A stretch of DNA of 63,280 nucleotides, counting the filler, from Octopus bimaculoides (taxonomy: Eukaryota), in the NCBI RefSeq assembly GCF_001194135.2. It is 5 parts of 4 records of this genome, joined end to end, with 100 filler letters (N's around TTAATTAATTAA, not from the genome) between each part and the next. Parts side by side here need not be neighbours in the genome. Positions count along the whole stretch, not along the records: positions 33,481 to 57,762 come from NC_068982.1; 4 more parts are not named here. One strand, given 5' to 3'. Position 1 is the stretch's first letter. Each line of letters begins with the position of its first letter. The position numbers and the translations under genes are program-made. Positions 35,949-50,311 of this stretch are shown here, piece after piece. The notes under the pieces are model-generated. The model was not told the DNA's origin. It saw nothing but the letters and a program-made list of their open reading frames with translations, and did no database searches.

Positions 35949-37865
35949 TATATATATACATGTATATATATGCACACACATGTTCTATCCTCCATCTATC
36001 TCAAGGGCCTCTGATTACTAACTATATATAAAGTGTAAATTTTGTATTATTTCATTCTGTGAAGAATTTCTAATTGGAGAGATCTTATATGTTTATCCGA
36101 CATGTACAACTTGGTAACTCTTATTAGTAAATGAAACGTGTGTAATGTTAAATGAATGATACCGAGATTTTTTTTTCCCAATCATGTGTTTTAAAATTAT
36201 GTATTTATATTCACATCAACAACTCTGCTTTGTGTGTGGGTGGGAAGCAAGCTTCTCAACTTTGCCTTTCATTGCAATAAAAGTATAACAAGTCTTGGGA
36301 AGTAGAGTGGCAGAACTGGTAGAGCATCAGACAAGATGCTTTGTGCTATTTGTTCTGGTTATTTGCGTTCTAAATTGCCTGGCTGGGAGATAGACTCAGT
36401 CCATTGTCCAGTTGAACACCACTACAAGGTCTTTGGTGAGACGATAATTTCTTCACTATTTACTCATCAGTCTTGGAGACCCTAAAAGGAAATAAAGGAC
36501 TGCAACTATCCCTCATCCGTCCCTAAAGGGGCAGAGAAGGATGTTCAGTATATAATGAAGAACTGACTGTGTATCTCCTTCTTGAAAGGTACCCTGCTTG
36601 GGTTCTCTTTGCAATTTTAGGTGAGCTGGAAGCTTAAGGAACAAATGGAAGTCGAGGCTGTCATGCCTTTTCCCAATGACATTAGTGACCTGACATAGGT
36701 TGTTGTCATTTAACCTGAGGTGTCATCCTTGATCAAGCAGAGCTTGATTAAAGGTATTCTAGCTGTGGCCATCCTGTCTTTGACTATGTCGTGTTAATTA
36801 AAAGGATTTTTAATTAATAGAAGGGTGAATAATTGTTTTAATTACTCTTCATATAATTATGACACATAAAAGCACCAGTGACACATTTGAGCACCCATGC
36901 CGGTGACACATAGAAGTACCCCTGTTGGTGACACGTGAAAGACATCCTCTACACTCTCAGAGNNNNNNNNNNNNNNNNNNNNNNNNNNNNNNNNNNNNNN
37001 NNNNNNNNNNNNNNNNNNNNNNNNNNNNNNNNNNNNNNNNNNNNNNNNNNNNNNNNNNNNNNNNNNNNNNNNNNNNNNNNNNNNNNNNNNNNNNNNNNNN
37101 NNNNNNNNNNNNNNNNNNNNNNNNNNNNNNNNNNNNNNNNNNNNNNNNNNNNNNNNNNNNNNNNNNNNNNNNNNNNNNNNNNNNNNNNNNNNNNNNNNNN
37201 NNNNNNNNNNNNNNNNNNNNNNNNNNNNNNNNNNNNNNNNNNNNNNNNNNNNNNNNNNNNNNNNNNNNNNNNNNNNNNNNNNNNNNNNNNNNNNNNNNNN
37301 NNNNNNNNNNNNNNNNNNNNNNNNNNNNNNNNNNNNNNNNNNNNNNNNNNNNNNNNNNNNNNNNNNNNNNNNNNNNNNNNNNNNNNNNNNNNNNNNNNNN
37401 NNNNNNNNNNNNNNNNNNNNNNNNNNNNNNNNNNNNNNNNNNNNNNNNNNNNNNNNNNNNNNNNNNNNNNNNNNNNNNNNNNNNNNGGGGTGGGGGGAAA
37501 ACTGGGTTTAAATAAATCATTACAACATTATTGATTTCTTTCTCTTCAAAACTAGTGAAAAGGTTTTGGCTTTTCCTGCTGCCGCTGCTGCTGCTGCTAT
37601 CACAAGTTCACATTTTCTTTTCTATAATTGATTTTTAAATTAGTTGTAATAGTAGTAACATTTTTAAAATTGACTTTGTTATTTAAAAAAAAAAGTTTAA
37701 ATACACAATTGACTTCATTACTGTTGTTGCTTTGTTTTTAATGGTTTCTCACTAGTTGGGTGGGGCTCGAGTGTAATCAATATGTTTTATTGATTCTCAC
37801 CCCTCTCCACACCACTACTCAGCTCCATTCTGATGAACTTTGAATACACTTTGTTCTCTCTGCAG

Positions 37866-37908
37866 TCCAACTAAACAAGTGCCTCGGTTACGAAGAACAT
37901 TGATTAAA
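37866..37908 (+). CDS. Candidate 43-nt micro-exon (PTKQVPRLRRTLIK)
   Basis: Strong acceptor ctttgttctctctgcag|, donor AAA|gtaatg, CpG-retaining, phase 2 to 0. Confidence 0.3.
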
Positions 37909-38859
37909 GTAATGCATATTCAACTGTTTAGATTATAGACTCTCGCATTCATCAAAATGTTCGTTCAGCAAACACGAGGGAGAGGGAATCGTGTACCATT
38001 TTGGTGTATATAAACAACCTCACTTATGCTCTCTGATTTATCAAGTAGCAATATTACTTCATATAAACAGTGTTAATTATTTTAATCAGGGACACCTCAC
38101 ACTGCCACACAACTTGGAATTTAGGCTTCTGAGACCTGACTTAACTCTTTACATATGTCTTTTATGTAGTAAGGTCTCTGACAGACAGACAAATACAAGG
38201 CACCCATGGCCTAACTGGTCAAGCAGATGGTTGCAGTCTGTGGCCAAACAACTGCCTGCCTCCACTGCTTCAGATGCCTCCAAACATTGCACAATCTTTG
38301 TAAACAAAAGGCTCGTTCATATGGTGTCATTTCTTTCCTATTCTCCGCATAACCATGTCCTAGCTTTCTGTTGCTCCATAGACTGTTTTCCTGCACTGTC
38401 AGTCATCTCTCATTAACCCTACCTCCCCTAACTCATGCATCATTAGTCAACCCTTTCCACCCCTTATCCACCAGTCACTACATCCACCCTTCAACTTTCC
38501 CAATATTTACAGTTGTCACCTCCCTCTCTTCCCCTCCCCTCATCCATTTTCCCTTCTCTCACCCCCACCCCGTACTCTCCTACAACCTCCACTCACCCAC
38601 ACTCCTTCTTCCTCTCTCCTCTCCTCACTTCTACCTTGAGGTTCCACCCAGGTACCTCATCACTCCTATTTCTTGCTCCACCCCAGTCACCCCCACTCCT
38701 CCCTCTTCTAAACTGCGAGTTGCCCCCATAGCTCCGCAATCCCAACAAATCTCTTCTTCCCTGGCCCTTTCTTTCATACTTTAAACGGCCCCTTCAGGTT
38801 TCCTTAGTTTCTATAAAATTTACTTCATTTCTATTTGTATTCTTTTCTGCATCTTTTAC

Positions 38860-39068
38860 TTGTTTCATTCCTTTCACTGGCCATTCTGGGGCATCACCTT
38901 GAAGAAACTTTTAATCAAATGAATCAACCTCAATACTTTCTTTTTTCCCTTTTTTTAAAAATCTGATGCTTACTCTATCAGTTTCCTTTGCCAAAGTGCT
39001 AAGTTACAGGGACATAAACACACCAATACCAGTTATCAAATGGTGGTGGGGACAACACACACACACAC

Positions 39069-39146
<78 letters not shown>

Positions 39147-39300
39147 GAAAAGCTTCTTTCAGTTTCCATCTACCAAATCCACTCACGAGGCTTTGGTTGG
39201 CTTGAGGCTATAACAGGAGACACTAGGCCAAAGTGTCATGCAGTGGGACTGAACCCGGAACCATGTGGTTGGGAAGCAAGCTTCTTACCACACAGCCAAA
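38860..39300 (-). mobile_element. SINE family B, full length
   Basis: The reverse complement begins ggctgtgtggtaagaagcttgcttcccaaccacatggttccgggttcagtccc. Confidence 0.85.
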
Positions 39301-39979
39301 CTTTGGTCGTAATAACCTTAAGGTTCCCTCTTTCACAACAGTGAAATGAATTCGAATGGAAGGAAAGAGGGTGGGGCCTGTTGTTTTGCACGGATGATTG
39401 GCTGTTAGTGGGAGGTCGTGGTGGGGTTGCAAAGGGCAAGGAATAATCAGAGTAAATGTCACTGAAACAGGTGAGTTCAGTAGATAATGTTGAGAATAGC
39501 TGACGGTCGGGTGGGGGCTGAAAGCTTAGAGGTTGTTTCTTCACTACAAAAGCACCGTACAAGATCAATAGTTTAGAGATCCATAACTATCATCATCATC
39601 ATCATCATCATCATCATTAGTAGCAGCATCAGTGTTGAATTCATTGAAGAAAGAGGTGGAGGGAGAACATATTTATTCATGTTTTGTTTTGTTTTTCTCT
39701 TTTATTTTTGTGTTTTTTTTTGCTTGCTTCAGTCATCAGATTGCAGCCATGCTGGAGCATCGCCTTGAAGAATTTTAGTCAAACAATTTGATCTCAGTAC
39801 TTTTTTTATTTTAAGTGTGGTACTTATTCTATCGGTTTCTTGTGCTGAACCGCTAAGTTATGGGGATGTAAACACACCAACATCAGTTGTCAAGCAGTGA
39901 TGGGGGACAAAGACACACACTCACATACACACACTCACTCACGCACACGCACACACACACACACACACATATATAGAAA

Positions 39980-40695
39980 TGAAGCTAATATGCTCCACTG
40001 GATGTGTAATGTCAGTGTGCATGTACAACAGACTGTAAGCATCTTGAGAGAAAAGTTGGGCATAAGAGGCATCAGATGTGGTGTGCAAGAGAGAAGCCTT
40101 TGCTGGTATGGTCATGTGGCGAGAATGGATGAGGATAGCTGTGTAAGGAAGTGCCAATCTCTAACTGTGGAGGGAATCTGTGGTAGAAGTAGACACAGGA
40201 AGACATGGGATGAAGTGGTGAAGCATGATCTTTGAACTTTGGGCTTCACAGAGTCAATGACAAATGACCGTAACTTTTGGCAATATGCTGTGCTTGAGAA
40301 GACTAATCAAGTCAAGTGAAATCATAGTTGTGGCTGATGTTGTCATGTAACTGGCACCCGTGCCGGTGGCATGGGAAAAGATCCTTTCAAGTGTTGCACC
40401 TCATGGAGGTAATGACCAGAATCTTTGGCATTATATTGTGCTTGAGAAGAAGACCCATCAAGCCAAGTAAAATTGCAGTTGTGGCAGATACCGATGTCAC
40501 ACAAATGGCACACGTGCCAGTGCTACATAAAAGCACCCATTACACTCTCGGAGTGGTTGGCATTAGGAAGGGCATCCAGCTTTAGAAATGATGCCAAATC
40601 AGACTGGAGTCTGGTGAAGCCATCCGGATTTCCAGCCCAGGTCAAACCATCCAACCCATGCCAACATGGACAACGGACACTAAATGATGATAATG
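39980..40695 (+). mobile_element. RTE-clade LINE 3' end (ORF2 C-terminus plus 3'UTR = family D tail)
   Basis: NMLHWMCNV...LREKLGIRGIRCGVQERSLCWYGHVARMDEDSCVRKCQSLTVEG...RKTWDEVVKHDL, then the family D tail with (gat)n. Confidence 0.85.
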
Positions 40696-43393
40696 GTGAT
40701 ATGTTTATATATATAATGGGCTTCTTTCAGTTTCATCTGCCAAATCTACTCACAAGGCTTTGGCCAGCCTGGGGCTATAGCAGAAGACACTTACCCAAGT
40801 GCCACACAGCGGGAATGAACCTGGACCCTCATGGTTGAGAAGCAAACACCTTACCACTCAGCCATGTCAATCTTTTGAGATGGAGACCTCTTGTTGACAT
40901 TTCCAATCCATTATAGATTTGCATTTATGCCTTAAGGGTAACTCTATTATAATTCCAACTCTTGAAAAGTCGACTCTTTTATCTGAAATGTGTAGGATTT
41001 CCTTTGGCACAAATATTAATTTGTTATAAAACCAAAATGTCTCCCTGCAGAGCAATACTTAATCACTTAACAACATTCAATTGGTGGATTAATTCTTTCT
41101 CTTGATTCTTCCTTCTATATTTGGTCTGTGTTGAATTTTCTAAATTTCATGCAATCTGCTGTCTGCCACTTCAAACCCCAGCAGATGATAACATGGGAAT
41201 AACTTGTCAGTGTTGGAGGAAACTAACCATCCAGCCCACACAAGCTAGACATTCACTTTAAACTGCCTAAAGTTGTCGCAGCAGCAGTAAATATTTCTGG
41301 AATTCTCTGAAGAATGTTCTTATTCTCGACAATGCATTAAAGACTATGACTTTTTGTTTTTTTTCTTACCATGTAAAGCCCCTGTCTGGTGGTCATTTCT
41401 ACAAAAAAGTTAAATTTTTATCAACAGAACTTGTTTTGATGTCGTCTTTAATGCTGTACACAACATGGAACATGGATATTAAATGATGGTGGGTGGGGAG
41501 ATCATAATGTCTGCAAATCATATAACTGGCACTCTGTTAGTTGATGTGAGTTGGGACAGTGTTTTGGCTCTGTTCGTGGTGTGACCTAGGACTGGTACCT
41601 GTTGACAGCCAGTCAGACTGAAGTAATTATAAATAATGAAACTTCATTTAGTGATACAACACAATCATTATAGAAAGATTGTTGTTCTCATTACTGGTTA
41701 ATTAACTTTACAATTAATGTTTCTCATTAGCTCCTATTGTTGTTGTTTAACCCCAGGTGAGTCCTGATTGAGCAGACCTGTGGTCAAGCATATTCCAGAT
41801 GTGACCATCCTAAGGACTTTCCTAAGACCAAATGATATGACAGGAGGGAGATTTGCCTGTTATTTCCAACAGATCAAGTAATCACATAGAATCTCCCCAT
41901 GTTGCTTTGTAAGCCCCTGCTTAGAGTATCTCCCTCCTGAGATGGCATTATTTTGGGGCTCTTTATCCCTTCTGTGGCCTTGTTTCCTTTTTCTAAACAA
42001 TTACAATCTCTCACACTAAGAGCAACAATTATCGCTCTGTGTGTGTGTGTGCTGCCAGACCGTTATTTGGTAATCTGTCATCACTAGATTTAATTGCCAA
42101 ATAGTTTTGGTTTTTTTTTCTTTAAATTAAATTTATTTATTTATTTTTTTTTTGATTTGCCCTTTCTACAAAAAGACTTAATCCTGCTCNNNNNNNNNNC
42201 ACACACACACACGGTGCCCTATTTTGTGATTGTGAAAGGACAAAGCAGCATCTGAATTAAGGATCAAATTACTACGGCAACAGTTTGCTGCCCCCCCCAT
42301 ACCCTACACACTCTCTATCCTGAGTTATCTGGGGGGGTTGGGTGGAGGGGAGCCAACATTGCTAGGTTAGTAAGTAACAAACTCTAGGGAGATCTGAATA
42401 GCAGAAGCCCCCAACCCCCTGCAAGTGCTTTGGCCCTTATCTCTTAACATTCAAAGGGGTAGGTGGGAGGGAAGCAGACTGCATCCAGGCCCTGAGCTCT
42501 TGCACATTCCTCTGTTGCCACATTCTATGCTATTGTTTACAACTTGACCTGCATCTCTATGTGTGCCCCAGAGCTGAAGTACCCAGCAGACACCAGTTGA
42601 CCAAAATGGTAAATTATGCCATCTGAAGTTCGCTTTCATTCTTCCTTGACCAGATTCAGTTGTAAACTCTTCTCAGCTCCTTCAGCTTTTTTCTTAAGAA
42701 CCCTGGTTTTCTTTCTCCCAGAAACTGAAAGCCATTCCATGTGACCTGAAGCACATTTGCTCACAAACCCCCTCTTGCTCACAAACGCCCTCTTGCTCAC
42801 AAACGCCCTCTTGCTCCCATATCTATGGTGAGAACTTTCACTTGGAGTATCTCTCAGTCTGGTGGCTGCACTGCCATATTTCTTAGTCTTGGACATGTGG
42901 GCTTCCTCCATTCTGGTTTCATGTGGCAAATTGAGGTTCAGGGAGAATCCCTTGTTTTAAAGAAAGTCAGGTGACTTTCAATGTCCAGCTCTCGTATCAC
43001 TCTTGTTGATGAGGCCTATCAGGGAGTTTAATCAGTCTCACTACTGGAGCCCGGGGGGGGGGGGTTCTACCACCACCATCACCACCACCACCACTACCAC
43101 TATTGTTGCTGCTGGTAGTATTGCTGTAGGAAAACATCTTGTCTTATATCAGTGGTTAAATTGCCTGCTCAGCTTTGTGCCATTATCAATCACTTTAACG
43201 CACACACACATTTGTACATCATATATACGCAATGCACAAATATACTAACACACATAATGCATATACACTGACTGATAGGCACACACACACACACACACAC
43301 TCACAAACGTGTACAATACACACATATGTTACAGGTTATATTATGTCCAAACAGACAGATATATGTCTTGACATACAACCTGGACCAGATAGT

Positions 43394-43432
<39 letters not shown>

Positions 43433-43614
43433 GCATCTACACACTCACACTACTACTACTACTACTACTACGATTTACTATTCAGTAGTAAATATTGTTG
43501 CTGTGTAATTTAGGTTCTGGAGGAGGAGGAGGAAATGCCAGGGTTAGTAGTTTTAGTAGTATGTGGTACCATCGACAGTGCTTTAAATGTAGAATCAGCA
43601 CTGTTTTGTCCTTA

Positions 43615-43940
43615 TCATCATCATCATCATCATCATCATTTAGCGTCCATTGTCCATGCTGGCATGGGTTGGCTGGTTTGACCAGGGCTGGCAAACTGGA
43701 AGGCTACACCAGACTCCAGTCTGGTTTGTCATGGTTTTTACGGCAGGATGTCCTTCCTGATGCCAGCCACTCCGAAGGTGTAAAGGGTGCTTTTACGTGC
43801 CACTGGCACGGGTGCCATTTGCATGGCACCAGTATCTGTCACGGCTGTGATTTTGCTCGGTTTGATGGGTCTTCTTCTCAAGCACAGCGTAATGCCAAAG
43901 GTCTTGGTCATTGCCTCTGTGAGGTCCAACACACGAAAGG
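43615..43940 (-). mobile_element. Family D (RTE-tail) copy
   Basis: (cat)n ttagcgtccattgtccatgctggcatggg... is a near match to 52202-52520. Confidence 0.85.
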
Positions 43941-44732
43941 GGCTCAGGCCACTTTGCCTCTGCTAGGCCCAACACTCGAAAGGGGCTTTCTACGTGCCTC
44001 ATTATCATATAATGCCCTCTTTCCATGGTGTCATGGGTTGGCTGCTTTGACAGGAGCAAAGCAAAAGCCGACAGATTGTGCAAAGTCTTCTTGTCTCCTG
44101 TTTCAGCATGGCTTCTGTGGCTGGATGTGTTTCTTAATGCCAATCACATTACAGAGGACTGTGTATAAATGGCATGAAGGCACATTGTGTCCCTGAGCAA
44201 GACACTTTATTTCATGTTCCTCCAGTCCTCCCAGCTGGCAGAAAATTCAAGAGAACTAGCTACATTAAGGGTACATATGTTTGTGGATTACTCAGCCACT
44301 TGCACAACAAGCGGACTATTCCGTTGATCAGACCAGCTGGAACCCTCATTGCCATAACCAACAGAGTGCCAGATGACCGTGGTAAATAACTGCTATGTTT
44401 AAGGCAACTTCAGGATAAAACCAATGAAATATTGACCACAACATCGATACGAAGGTATTTTCTAACTTAGCCCAATGTCGAGGGTTGGAGGGACCTCTGG
44501 CTATTTGCTGTGCTTGAGAAGATATGTCAAGCCAAGTGAAATCATAATCGTGGCCAGTGCCATGACACATAAAAGGCACTCTCAGAGTGGTTGGCATTAG
44601 GAAGGGCATCCAGCCATAGAAACCAAGCCAGACCAGACTGGAGCCTGGCATAGCTCTCCAGCTTACCAGTTCTAGTCAAACCATGTGACCCATGCCAGCA
44701 TGGAAAACAGAGGCTAAAAGGTGAGGTAGAGA

Positions 44733-44900
44733 GCAAGTCGATTACATCAACCTCAGTATTCAACTGGTACTAATTTTATCCTCCCCAAATGGATGAAAGG
44801 CAAAGTCAACCTTGGCCCGAATTTGAACTCAGAATGTAAAGATGGACGAAATGCCAGCAAGCATTTTGATTAGCATGCTAACGATTCTGCGGCTCACCAC
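44733..44900 (-). mobile_element. SINE family A copy, CpG-decayed
   Basis: ggatgaaaggcaaagtcaaccttggcccgaatttgaactcagaatg. Further copies lie at ~45320-45500 and 45500-45720. Confidence 0.8.
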
Positions 44901-46072
44901 TTTTAGCACCGTCATCACCATTTCATATCTATTTTTCATGTCAGCAAAAGGTATTGTAATGTAGTTAGTCATCTGCAATTATTGTAATATCACCACTCAT
45001 CATGACGATACTCGTTTACACTATAACCATTTAGTAACAATAAACACATATATAACGAAGCAGGCTAACAACAATGTAACACCATCCATGGACTCTATGC
45101 AAACCACAAAGAATGATATTCTGACAAACTACCAAAACGACGCCTTACAACTTCCTGCAATTAATGCTTTATTTTGTCTTGTCTCTCATTCAGACCCCTA
45201 CTCTTTATAGTCATTCGGTCAAGTCTATTCTTGCAGGGGATGTCATGACTCTCACCACAACATAATTGGTTAGACAATCTGACAGGAGTCTTAATAACGA
45301 TAATTATTATTATTATTATTTTGGCACAAGGCCAGTAAATTTAGGGCGACGGAGATGGGGATCATTAATTACATCAGCTCTAAAACGATGATAGGCAAAG
45401 CTGACCTCAGCAGAATTTGAACTCAGAACATAAAGAGCCAGATTTTCAATGCTGCTGAGCATGTTTGTCCAACATGCTACCAACCTGCCAGCTGAGATTG
45501 CCTCAAATAATCCTTTCTATTATAGGCACAAGGTCTGAAAGTTTGTGGGAGGGGGACTAGTCGATTACATTGACCCCAGTGTTTCACTGGTACTTAATTT
45601 ATCAATGCTGAAAGGATGAGAGGCAAAGTCAACCTCAGTGGAATTTGAACTCAGGACGGACGGAATGCCGCTGAACGTTTTGTCTGGCATGCTAATGATT
45701 CTGTCAGCTCACCATCTTGAATAATGATAGGGATTTTTTTTGTTTTCTTCGTTTTAATTAAAACACCTTTAGTCATGGCTTTTCTTGATTGAGGTAGACC
45801 CATGGTTAAACAATAGTCTTCATGAGTCATCATCAATCATCTATATCTATGAGCATGAGATCAATTCTTCTGTATGCTACCATCTTGTTAATTACTAATA
45901 ATTTGTCTCTTTTAAAAGTGCCACTGAAGACAATTATTTTTATTTATTTTTTTTCTCTTGAGTCTTAATTCAGGGCTGTTAATTAGAAATGGTTTAACAT
46001 TTTAATTATGTATTTTTAATGACTTCTGTTTAACGTAAAGCAATCGTTAAATATTAATCTGTCCCTTCTCAG

Positions 46073-46106
46073 GTTCTCTCGCAAACTTCTGTCTCCTTTG
46101 AAAACA
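46073..46106 (+). CDS. Candidate 34-nt micro-exon (VLSQTSVSFEN)
   Basis: Acceptor tctgtcccttctcag|, weak donor ACA|gtaaca; phase 0 is compatible with the 37908 donor. Confidence 0.2.
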
Positions 46107-46556
46107 GTAACATTTTAGTAGAATGCTTCATTGACTGTAGCAATAGTAGTAGTAGTAGTAGTAGTAGTAGTTGTAGGAGGGGGAGTAGCAGTCGTAGCAG
46201 TGCTGGTAGTGGTAGTGGTAGTAGTTTTTAGTTCCATCAATATCATGTTTATTTTTGAAACATTAATTTGATAGCCACTAACTGACTGAGATTCCATTAT
46301 CAAAGTCATAAAATATATCAATTCTTCATCTCTGACCCCACCACCACCGCCTCCACCACCACCACCACCACCACTACCTCTGCCACCTCTGTTTTAAATA
46401 CAGTATTGTTTCTTTAGTTTTTATTGAAATTCTAGCTACATTTAACTCACTTCTGTTACAGTTTCTTGAATTTTTATCGTTTTAAAATGTTGATTTATCA
46501 TTTTATTTCCAAAATTTTCTTACACAGTCACTACCATCTTTTACTCCTCTTTAACC

Positions 46557-46592
<36 letters not shown>

Positions 46593-49500
46593 TGTTTAGA
46601 CACAACCTAGACATGTTATATTAAACTTGCCTTCCTGAACACTAACCATTGAAAGCATCCTTCAGTGGGTAACACAACTTCGTCTCTCCCCCCCCACAAC
46701 AACAACTCACACACACACACACACACACATACAGGGTAAGGAACCATATCTGTGCTGCCCACTTTCTCAATTCCCAACCAAAATATTTCTAAATGCCTTC
46801 AAACTTGCTATAAACATTGGGCTTTACCATCTCAGATTAGTTTCCATGGCACCAACACATTTCAGTAACAGTGCCAAAGCTGTTTCCCAAATAACTAGGT
46901 TTCTTCTTCACAACCAGGGGCCCTCCGGTTTATGAGCTTCCTCCCCCGTTCCACCTTCTGCTCCACCTTTATGATATCTCTCCTTCTAAATACATCATTC
47001 AGTCCTTTCCAGCAGAGGTGCTGCTCTTTGGGACTATCTCCCTTCCAAACATCAATCTCCACCACAAGTTTAAACTGGCCTGAATATTCTACCTGTTTAT
47101 ATTCAGACTGGCCAAATCCAGCCTCTCACACCTACCCTACAATGTCATTCTAAAAATAAACAGTCACATCATTCAAGTTTTGAAGCTATGAGATAAGGCA
47201 TTAATTCAAAATGATGCCAATTAATACATATTAAATTTGGCAAAGTAATCTGAATGCTAAATGTTTAAGCAGATCAGCATCACTTGTTTGGTAAATCTAG
47301 CAAATCTGTTGGCTTCCATCTTCTTTTCTTGGGATCAAATAATAAGAATAAAGAGTTTTAACAAGGGCACAACACCATATCATTGTTCTCTAAATTTGGG
47401 AACAGTTAATTAACCCTTTAGCATTTAAACCAGCGCTCAAATATTCTTCCTCTTTTATGTTGAAACCAGCCAGATCCTGCCTCTCACACCTACCCTACAA
47501 TGTTATTCTAAAAGTAAACAATCACATCATTGAAATCCTGAAGCTACGAGATAATGCGAGTAAGTAATCAATACATTTGACAGAGTAATCTGAATACTGA
47601 AGGGTCAAATCAACCCCATTATATGACTGGTATCAACTCTCTAAAAGGATGAAAGAAAAAGTTAACATGTGTGGGTTTTGAACTCAGAGCTTAAGTGCTT
47701 GTAACTAAATTCAGTAAAAGCAACAGGCAGCCGTCTGTGAGAGCAGGGGCTTCCAACAAAAGATAGACTCTGACCATAAGGTACTGTCTGAGCCAGGCCA
47801 GCATGGGAAGGAGGAATGAAAGGATTTTGATGCTGATGTTATTGTTGTTGTCAAACTTCATGTACAAAGTTAACACTGTCCTGTTGTCCTGTGAGATGGA
47901 ATTCCTTAGAATGATATACCATTTCTTTATCATGCTTCATGTCAGACTTTCCTAAATTGGGTTCCATAAGTTATGGTTTTTATTGGAATTGATTGTCATT
48001 AAAACTGTCTCAAATTCATTTAATCATCATCATCACCGTCATCATCATTTAATGTCCATGTTCCATGCTGTCATGGGTTGGACAGTTTGACAGGATTCAG
48101 TGAGTCAAAGGACTTCATCCCCCTCACTGTTCCTTACAACCCTTCGCTCCACCTTTCTTTGCACTTTCTCTTCCTCACCTGTTTCACCCCTCCATTAAAT
48201 ATATTTGTCACCGACCAAGAAAGAACCACCACCAACTGCAAAAATCCCCTCAAGCTAATCGTATCTGATCCGTGGGGCCCTTCAACTAAATCCATTCTGG
48301 TGTCATGGCTGGGCCAGATTTCAAGGGGTTTTCCCTCTCTTGCCTCCACCATTCGTCATCATTTAGTGATCACTGTTCATTGTTTTGCATGGGTCAGGTG
48401 GAGTTTATTGAGGTAGATTTTCTGTAGCCAGATACCCTTCCTGTCACCAACCCTTACCTATTTCCAAGCAAAATGACATTTCCCCATGACTGGACATGTT
48501 TTTGCAGAAGATTGGAAATGAATGAAATTCAAATAATCAATTAGACTTAAATGTATATTTTAACCGTTTTGTTATCATATTTCTGTTGAGATGCTCTGTG
48601 TTTCTTTCAATTAATTTCAAATAGAACAAAGAATCTAGTAAAATAACTTAGTTGTCATTCAGCTAGTGTTAGGAAGATAAATTGTGACTAAGGTTTGGTG
48701 GAAGATTTTAATTCAAAACTTATGAAAACAAGACATTTGTACTACAGGACCAGAAGCGGTTTCAGGCAGGTTGTTATCGAAAGGAGTGAACTATGCTAAA
48801 GGGACCTGATGGCCAGGTGGCTAACGTACCCAGCTGAAAATCTGATGCACCACCCATGGCACACAAACATTATTCAACAAGTTATCTGTCTCTAGCACAA
48901 AATTATTTCAGTGATTTTCTCTGAACAGTTTTCCTCTATTTCCCTGAGGCTGGTAAAAATTAAATATTCAGTTATTTATTTACATTTTTTGTTTTTTTAA
49001 ATGCTATTCAAAGATTAGATAAAAGAGGTCACCAGGTGTCAAGGTGAAGGTCGTGCTACACTGAATGCAGTGTAACAACTGATAGCAGCTGGCTTAACTG
49101 TTGCAGTAATGTAAATGTATTGACCTGCAAACACCATTACATTGCAATTGTCTTCAGAGTGGGTCACCTAGATGTCTTACAGGCTGGAAGCAGAAGGAAA
49201 CCGTTTATCTAGGAGCTGATTAAGAAGCTCCCTTCCCAACCAGAAGACTTCAGGTTCAGTCCCACTGCAGGGCACCTTGGGCATAGGTGTCTCTTAGCCA
49301 ACCAAAGCCTTGTGAGCAGATTTGGTAGACAAAAATCTCAAAGAAACCCGTTGTATGTGTTTCTCTCCTTGTATTGACATCATGTCATCATCACCATGAT
49401 CGTCATCAACATCTGTTTTCCTTGCTGGCACGGTTCAACAGGAGCTGGAGCCACACCGGGCTCTGTTTGTCTGTTTCAGCTTGGTTCCTACAATTGGATT

Positions 49501-50311
49501 CCCTTCTTAATGACAACCAATTTACAGATGGTACACTGAGTGTTCATTGTATGACCCCAGCTCCGGTGCTTTTTTTATGTAGCATTTGTGATAGTTGTAA
49601 ATGAGTGTCACCCTCATACAAGCAATGTTCTGCCAAAACTTGTCTGGTCTTAGGGAGAAAAAGATATGAGGTTTAGCAACAGGAAGGGCATTTGGTTGTT
49701 TGAAATCAGCCTCAAAAAGCTCCATCTATGCCATGCAAGTGGATTTTAAAATAACGCTGATGACACCTCAAAGACTGCCTTGCTGCTGCTACTAATCATT
49801 GTATTGTAAAGATTCCAACAGTCTTTCATTAACCATCACTGCACTGATTGAATTTTGGCTCATGAAGCAACATGCTAATCATATGCAAATCTGTTTTTAC
49901 AACCCCTTTCTATTGGCCAGTAAAAATAGAATCTGTGTACTGCATCATATGAAACATATTCACTCACCCTCGTATTTATTTATATTGTTGCAATTGTAAT
50001 AATCGTCTTTGGATATTTACTAATGTCTTTGAGAGGACCACAGCTTTACTCCCACCCTTCCTCCCACTTAGCCTTTTGATTGTATCTTCATATTCAGACA
50101 CACCATCATAAACAAGGTGGGTGGGAGCATTCGCTGAAAATGTGTTGTGTGTGCGCGCATGTTTACAGTGCGATAACTTTACTAATTGTATCCATACATA
50201 CATAAGTGCTAAAGACGTTGGCATTTTTCCATTCTTGGAGTGAAATAATTATTTTAGCTCAGAGAATATAATTGAAAAACCCTCCAAACAAACACGGAGG
50301 AAGAGAGAGAG

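Noticed and set aside
42636-42929. 97-aa minus ORF with SKRAFV repeats
   Set aside because: The repeat comes from an 18-bp tandem (ttgctcacaaacgccctc, 3 copies). There are no convincing splice sites or homology. The plus strand has only a faint LINE-endonuclease-like LTCISMCAP.
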